A DNA stretch of 63,798 nt, filler included, from Nemertoderma westbladi (taxonomy: Eukaryota > Animalia > Xenacoelomorpha), in NCBI GenBank assembly GCA_032718475.1. It is 4 parts of 4 records of this genome, joined end to end, with 100 filler letters (N's around TTAATTAATTAA, not from the genome) between each part and the next. Parts side by side here need not be neighbours in the genome. Positions count along the whole stretch, not along the records: positions 59,068 to 63,798 come from JAUCBJ010007568.1; 3 more parts are not named here. One strand, written 5' to 3'. The translations under genes and the position numbers were made by a program. The notes below the pieces were generated by a model. That model did no database searches and was not told the origin of the DNA. It saw only the letters and a program-made list of their open reading frames with translations. Shown piece by piece: positions 58,968 through 63,798 of the stretch. The first letter of the stretch is position 1. Each line of letters begins with the position of its first letter.

Positions 58968-60409
58968 NNNNNNNNNNNNNNNNNNNNNNNNNNNNNNNNN
59001 NNNNNNNNNNNTTAATTAATTAANNNNNNNNNNNNNNNNNNNNNNNNNNNNNNNNNNNNNNNNNNNNTACGCTTTATACTTTAATCATAAGCAGTATCGT
59101 TGCGTTTTAGTATAAGTCTTAGTTCTGTTTAAATAGATAAAGCGCCACGTCCTAAAGGAACTGTTAATATTTCCCGAAAGCCAATAATATCTGTCAGAGA
59201 TTAATTATTAACGATCTATCGAATAATATAGTAGGTATACACTGCAACCTTACACTGTAATAATACAATTCAAGCATCCGAATTCAGTCTCCCGGGTGTA
59301 GATCCATCGGGTGAATGATCGCGCATGGGCTGACTTCGGCTAATGTTTTGCGTATTAGCATAAAATATTGTCGTATGCTAAAGTGGTTTTAATTAACTAG
59401 AAGACATATAAATTTTGGCAGGTTAAACTGCTAAAGGTCTTCAAAAGCGCGAACACTTACCATTGGCATAACCATATTGGAATCAGAAGACATTATTTAA
59501 TTTATTTTATTGTAAATCAAACAAACAAAGTAAAAACTTTTAAACTAAAACCATTAAAATGATTAATTGCGATTAAAGCAAGAGATTATATATAAGATAT
59601 TTTCAAAAATAATACAGGTCTTAAACTGGGAAATAGCCTAAATTCGGTTTATTGATTGGTTGATTAGCCGGTGGGTAACTACTGTACAGTACAGTACAAT
59701 TAAATAAAAAATTACGGTCAAGGTTGAGTAACTATGGAAATGTTCGTATACGTGTAGCTGGAAACGTGGCGGAATTTCAACACGTATCCTACTGCAGGAC
59801 TGGTAGGCTGCTTGGTTGGTTGGATTGGTGACAGCCGTGATGGAGTTGGCAATCAATATAATATCTGCTGTAGTTGGTGGCCACGTTGTCAGCATATACA
59901 GTATACAGTGGTTGGTTGCGTGAATAGGAAATAACTATGGAAATGTTCGTATACGTGTAGCCGGAAACGTGGTGGATTGGTAGGTTGCTTGGTTGAATGG
60001 ATTGGTGACAGCCGTGGTGAGTTGGCGATCGATTCGATATAATAGGGTAGTGTGGGGCTAGCCACGCGATGAGAGGTTTGGGTACGCGAAGATGAATATG
60101 CTATGGTTGGTTGATGCAACGACGCGAACCAATACTGACGGGAGGTAACAGCTGTAGGAGTAAGGAGGGCATCGCGAGGTTAGGCTACGCGTAGGTGATA
60201 CGCAGCGATTGGCTGAAGGCAACGACGCGAATCAATATTGATGGTGACAGATGGTCATTAAACACCACGATTTAGCACCGGAATTTGGCATTTTTAATAG
60301 CCCTCTGAGATGTGGCCCGTAGCCCAGGCTAGGGAGGAGTTAGCCGAGAACTATGCTTCTCCTACTACTGGTATACAGGGATCCCATTGAGAGACTGCTC
60401 CGTGGAAAT

Positions 60410-61680
60410 CAGAATGGTTCCGTAAAGGTCGTGGGACCATGGAGCCCATTTTGGCACTTAAAAGGATAATTGAAGAGTTATCAAAAAAGAAAGACAGGCA
60501 TCTGGCTGTTATCTTTGTTGACTTCTTCAAGGCCTTTGATTCAGTCTCTCGCTCACGTATGTTCAGCATACTTTCATTATATGGGATTCCTGATGAAATT
60601 ATTGCAGCAATCAGATCAGTATACGATGGTTCGACAACATTTGTGTCTTCTGTTGACGGTGACACAGAACCATTTGAAGTGTTATTGGGCGTCCTCCAGG
60701 GAGACACACTTGCACCATTCTTGTTTATAATTGTTGTTGACTATGTTCTACGCATGTCCTTAGATCATCATAATGATGATGGGGTGATGATAACTCCACC
60801 TACTGGCTCCAGAAGTAGAGGAAATCCTGCCAAGTACCTAACTGATCTAGACTTTGCTGATGACTTAGGAGTACTCTCAGAATCACTAGAGGGAGCCCAA
60901 CGGCTCCTCAGCTCATTAGAACATGCTGCTTCTAGTGTTGGTCTTTTTATTAACTCCAGAAAGACCAAAATTTTGACAGTTAACTTTGAAAGTCCTCAGC
61001 AAGTCTCTGATCGGATGAGCATAAGCTCAAAAGATGGTATGCTTGAGCATGTGGATGACTTCTGTTACTTGGGATCATGGATCCGGAAGTCAGATGAGGA
61101 CCTTCGAATACGTAAGGGAAAGGCATGGGCACGGGCAGCCTTGAATAGGCTTTCCAGGATTTGGAAGTCACCGAGAATTAATCGGAAACTTAAGGTCCAA
61201 TTATTTAGAGCAGTAGTAGTTCCAGTACTCCTCTATGGGAGTCCATGCTGGGCTCTAACTGCTGAGGACACCAAATCTCTGGATGGCACATTCACAAGAA
61301 TGCTACGCCGGGTTCACTGTGTCAAGTACAATGCACACATCTCCAACGAGACACTATATAACATTGGAGGTGTCTCATTGGTTCCCCCAAGCTTGACACT
61401 AGAACACAATCGCCTCCGCTTTGCAGGACATTGGTTTCGCCGGGAGGACCAGCCAGTGCATGATCTTGTACTTTGGCATCCTCGTTGAGTGAATAAGCAT
61501 GGTGGACAGCCCATGACTTTCTTGAGACGCATCTTAAAGGACACTGGCCTTGAAGATGCGGATGATCTAGCAAATGTCATGGGTGATAGGGAGTTGTGGC
61601 GGTGCAATTTTGTCGATAAGCCGGCACAGCATTCTTAAAAATGCAGCTGCAATGCAGCATGCCGATCCTAGTAGTAGTAG
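60410..61680 (+). mobile_element. 5'-truncated RTE-clade LINE (RT ORF 60439-61488 with premature stop)
   Basis: FVDFFKAFDSV, GVLQGDTLAPFLF, DFADD, FCYLGS, VLLYGSPCW, RLRFAGH; short 3' UTR ending in (TAG)n. Confidence 0.93.
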
Positions 61681-61900
61681 TCTCTTTGAAAGGCGTTTCT
61701 TAATTTGTTTGAGATAAAGCCACCCAGCGGGAGCAGAAAATATTACATCTCCGATAATAGCTAAATTATTTATTCCTCCCGGTGGCATAAATAGAATATC
61801 TTCTTGGTGTTAATTATTTATTTTGCAGGACAAATACGTAGTTAACGCACTCTTATAATTGCAACATACTATTTGTGCATAGATTACATTACCTTGACAT

Positions 61901-63631
61901 CATGTCTGAGTCAGATATTAACACTGAACCTTTTATTCACCACCCACCGGTTACAGCTGCCCCCCATACTAACATTCCCCGTTCCATTGACCAGGTTGCA
62001 CCACCTGTTCCCAGCAAGAAATCTTGGGACAGGTCCTGCATTAGAACTAGACAATTTACCGGAGGGATTGTAGATGACTTAAATGTAGATCCACCCATAG
62101 TTAGTGTTGTACAAACTGGAGTGTGCTCACCATCACTACTAGTAATGGACACATCCCCCATTATGTTCACCCCCTCACCCAACAGCAATGAGGAATTACA
62201 CCCCTGATTGATAACATCCTTTCGCAGTACATTGCAGATGAAACAATTCCTGTTCCCCAGCAAGCAAGATTAGCTTACTTGCTGGAGGAGATTGACAGTT
62301 ACCGGGAAAGGGTGGAAACTGTAGCTTCAGAACAAGAAGTTTATGGGGAAGAATTACACTACCTAATAAACTTATATCATGCCCACCTGGAACTTCACAA
62401 GTTCTTCAGGTTTAATGATATGGCATGGGCAGATCTATACAAACTCAAAGTTCCACAGGTTCCATGCAGCACAGAGGAACTATCCGCCTTAGTTTATGGC
62501 CATGTAGCTGAGTTCAATCGGCATATAGCGACCCTTACGCATGAGCTACAGACCGTGCAGCCTTACCCCAGGACAAACCCAGCTGCATATTTCAAGGTTA
62601 AGGAAATAGTTTGCAGAATCAGGCTAGTTTTATCCGCCTTTCGGGAAGTAGCTAGAAGATACCAGGACGCAGAGCTTGCTTCCATAGTCATCAGACAGTT
62701 AGCAGAAGTAGCGGTAACTGTGGGGAAGGCACTTGCACTCGAAAGGCTGCATGGGCCAACCATTCCCAAAGGTGCAGACATAAACTGTTCGGGCACCATA
62801 GTGCAGGGCAACCTTGACACCGACTCAGAAGATTCCGGAGAAGGTGAGGATATGGATGCAATATCACGGCACCTACAGCCTTACATAGCTGTGGTATGAG
62901 AGGCTGAACTGTGTAGGAGGTTAAAGGGTTTGGCCCCCTCCAGCCCTGAATCAATGGCAGTTCTCGACGAGATAGACGCTGAGCGTGATAGACGGGCACA
63001 AGTGGAGGAGCATGTGGCTGATAAGGAAATCTTAGAAATGGAGTTGCAATTAAGCGCAAACCAGCGGCGTGATGAAGTCAGTAAACGCGCCGATGCAATG
63101 CAATTAGAAGCTGCTAAGGAAACAACTAAGTTGCAATTAGAAGCTGCTAAGGAAACAACTAAGTTGCAATTAGAAGCTGCTAAGGAAACAACTAAGTTAC
63201 AGATGGAAGCCGAACAGCGGAAAAACGAGCACTTGGAAGCTGATATAACTCTACGAAACAAAATAGTGCTAAAAAGATTAAGTGAAAATCAGCGTAAGGA
63301 AAGGGTAGGTTCAAACAGAGGACGAGATATGCCGCATAAAGGGACTTATGCTTCGTCGGATGAAGGAAACTCCACCGACGCTAGTGAAAGTACTAGCCAC
63401 TCTCGAAGCAGACAAAAGAGAGCTGTTAGAGTGGCGTTGCCGGACCTGCCTCCATACAATAGAGATAGGATACCCTCAAAGCAGATGGATTTAGATCATC
63501 CGAGGCCGCTGGATTTGCGGCCCCCCCTGGGTAGGTTACAGGAGAAAGACGAGCCGATCGACCCAGTAGTAGCTCCACACTTACCATGTGAGCAACCCCA
63601 TTGCGTAATAGAGATGTTGTACCACCAGTAG
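61901..63631 (+). pseudogene. Unidentified, probably TE-derived gag-like coding region broken into three ORFs (61901-62207, 62279-62899, 62930-63631)
   Basis: Consecutive same-strand ORFs with coding-like composition, a coiled-coil stretch with a 33-bp in-frame triplication (QLEAAKETTKL), upstream TTTTGCAG acceptor near 61828; no recognisable motif. Confidence 0.35.
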
Positions 63632-63798
63632 GTGTACTAATCGTAGCTAAAGAAATACACAGTGAAGTCCCGAACTTCCACAATACCTCTCGTAAAGCTT
63701 ATCTAGAATGCCCCAGACCTAACTATCTGTCTAGTACCTTAGCCAGGACAAGGGACGACAGAATGTCATTGGCACTGGAATATCCACAATCACCAGCT

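Noticed and set aside
58431-59015. Trp/Cys-rich repetitive ORFs
   Set aside because: Minisatellite translation.

Overview
AT-rich, transposon-dense eukaryotic (most likely invertebrate animal) scaffold with three artificial N-gaps. Host genes: four long, intact, intronless CDSs (importin-4, puromycin-sensitive aminopeptidase, a SERINC, a TEX11/SPO22-like meiotic TPR protein), an almost intronless DysF-type ferlin (one intron), and two spliced exons of a WDR6-like gene on the minus strand whose introns probably host some of these genes. Mobile DNA: a complete, very young CsRN1/Kabuki-type Gypsy element (identical 217-bp LTRs with TA...TA ends, -1 frameshift signal) nested in a TIR element nested in a hAT-like transposase; RTE, CRE and CR1/L2-type LINE fragments; tRNA-derived SINEs; MITE/foldback elements; a long-TIR element rich in RFX X-box palindromes. 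The most striking feature is at 44807-46047: about 3.4 tandem copies of a 368-370-bp unit. Each carries a type-I hammerhead ribozyme at the tip of a long rod-like hairpin, with Pol III A- and B-box-like sequences forming part of the ribozyme stem. The whole array is flanked by a 14-bp target-site duplication, which fits a retrozyme-like circular RNA inserted by rolling-circle reverse transcription just downstream of the TEX11-like gene. All family assignments come from motif recognition by eye; no database search was run.
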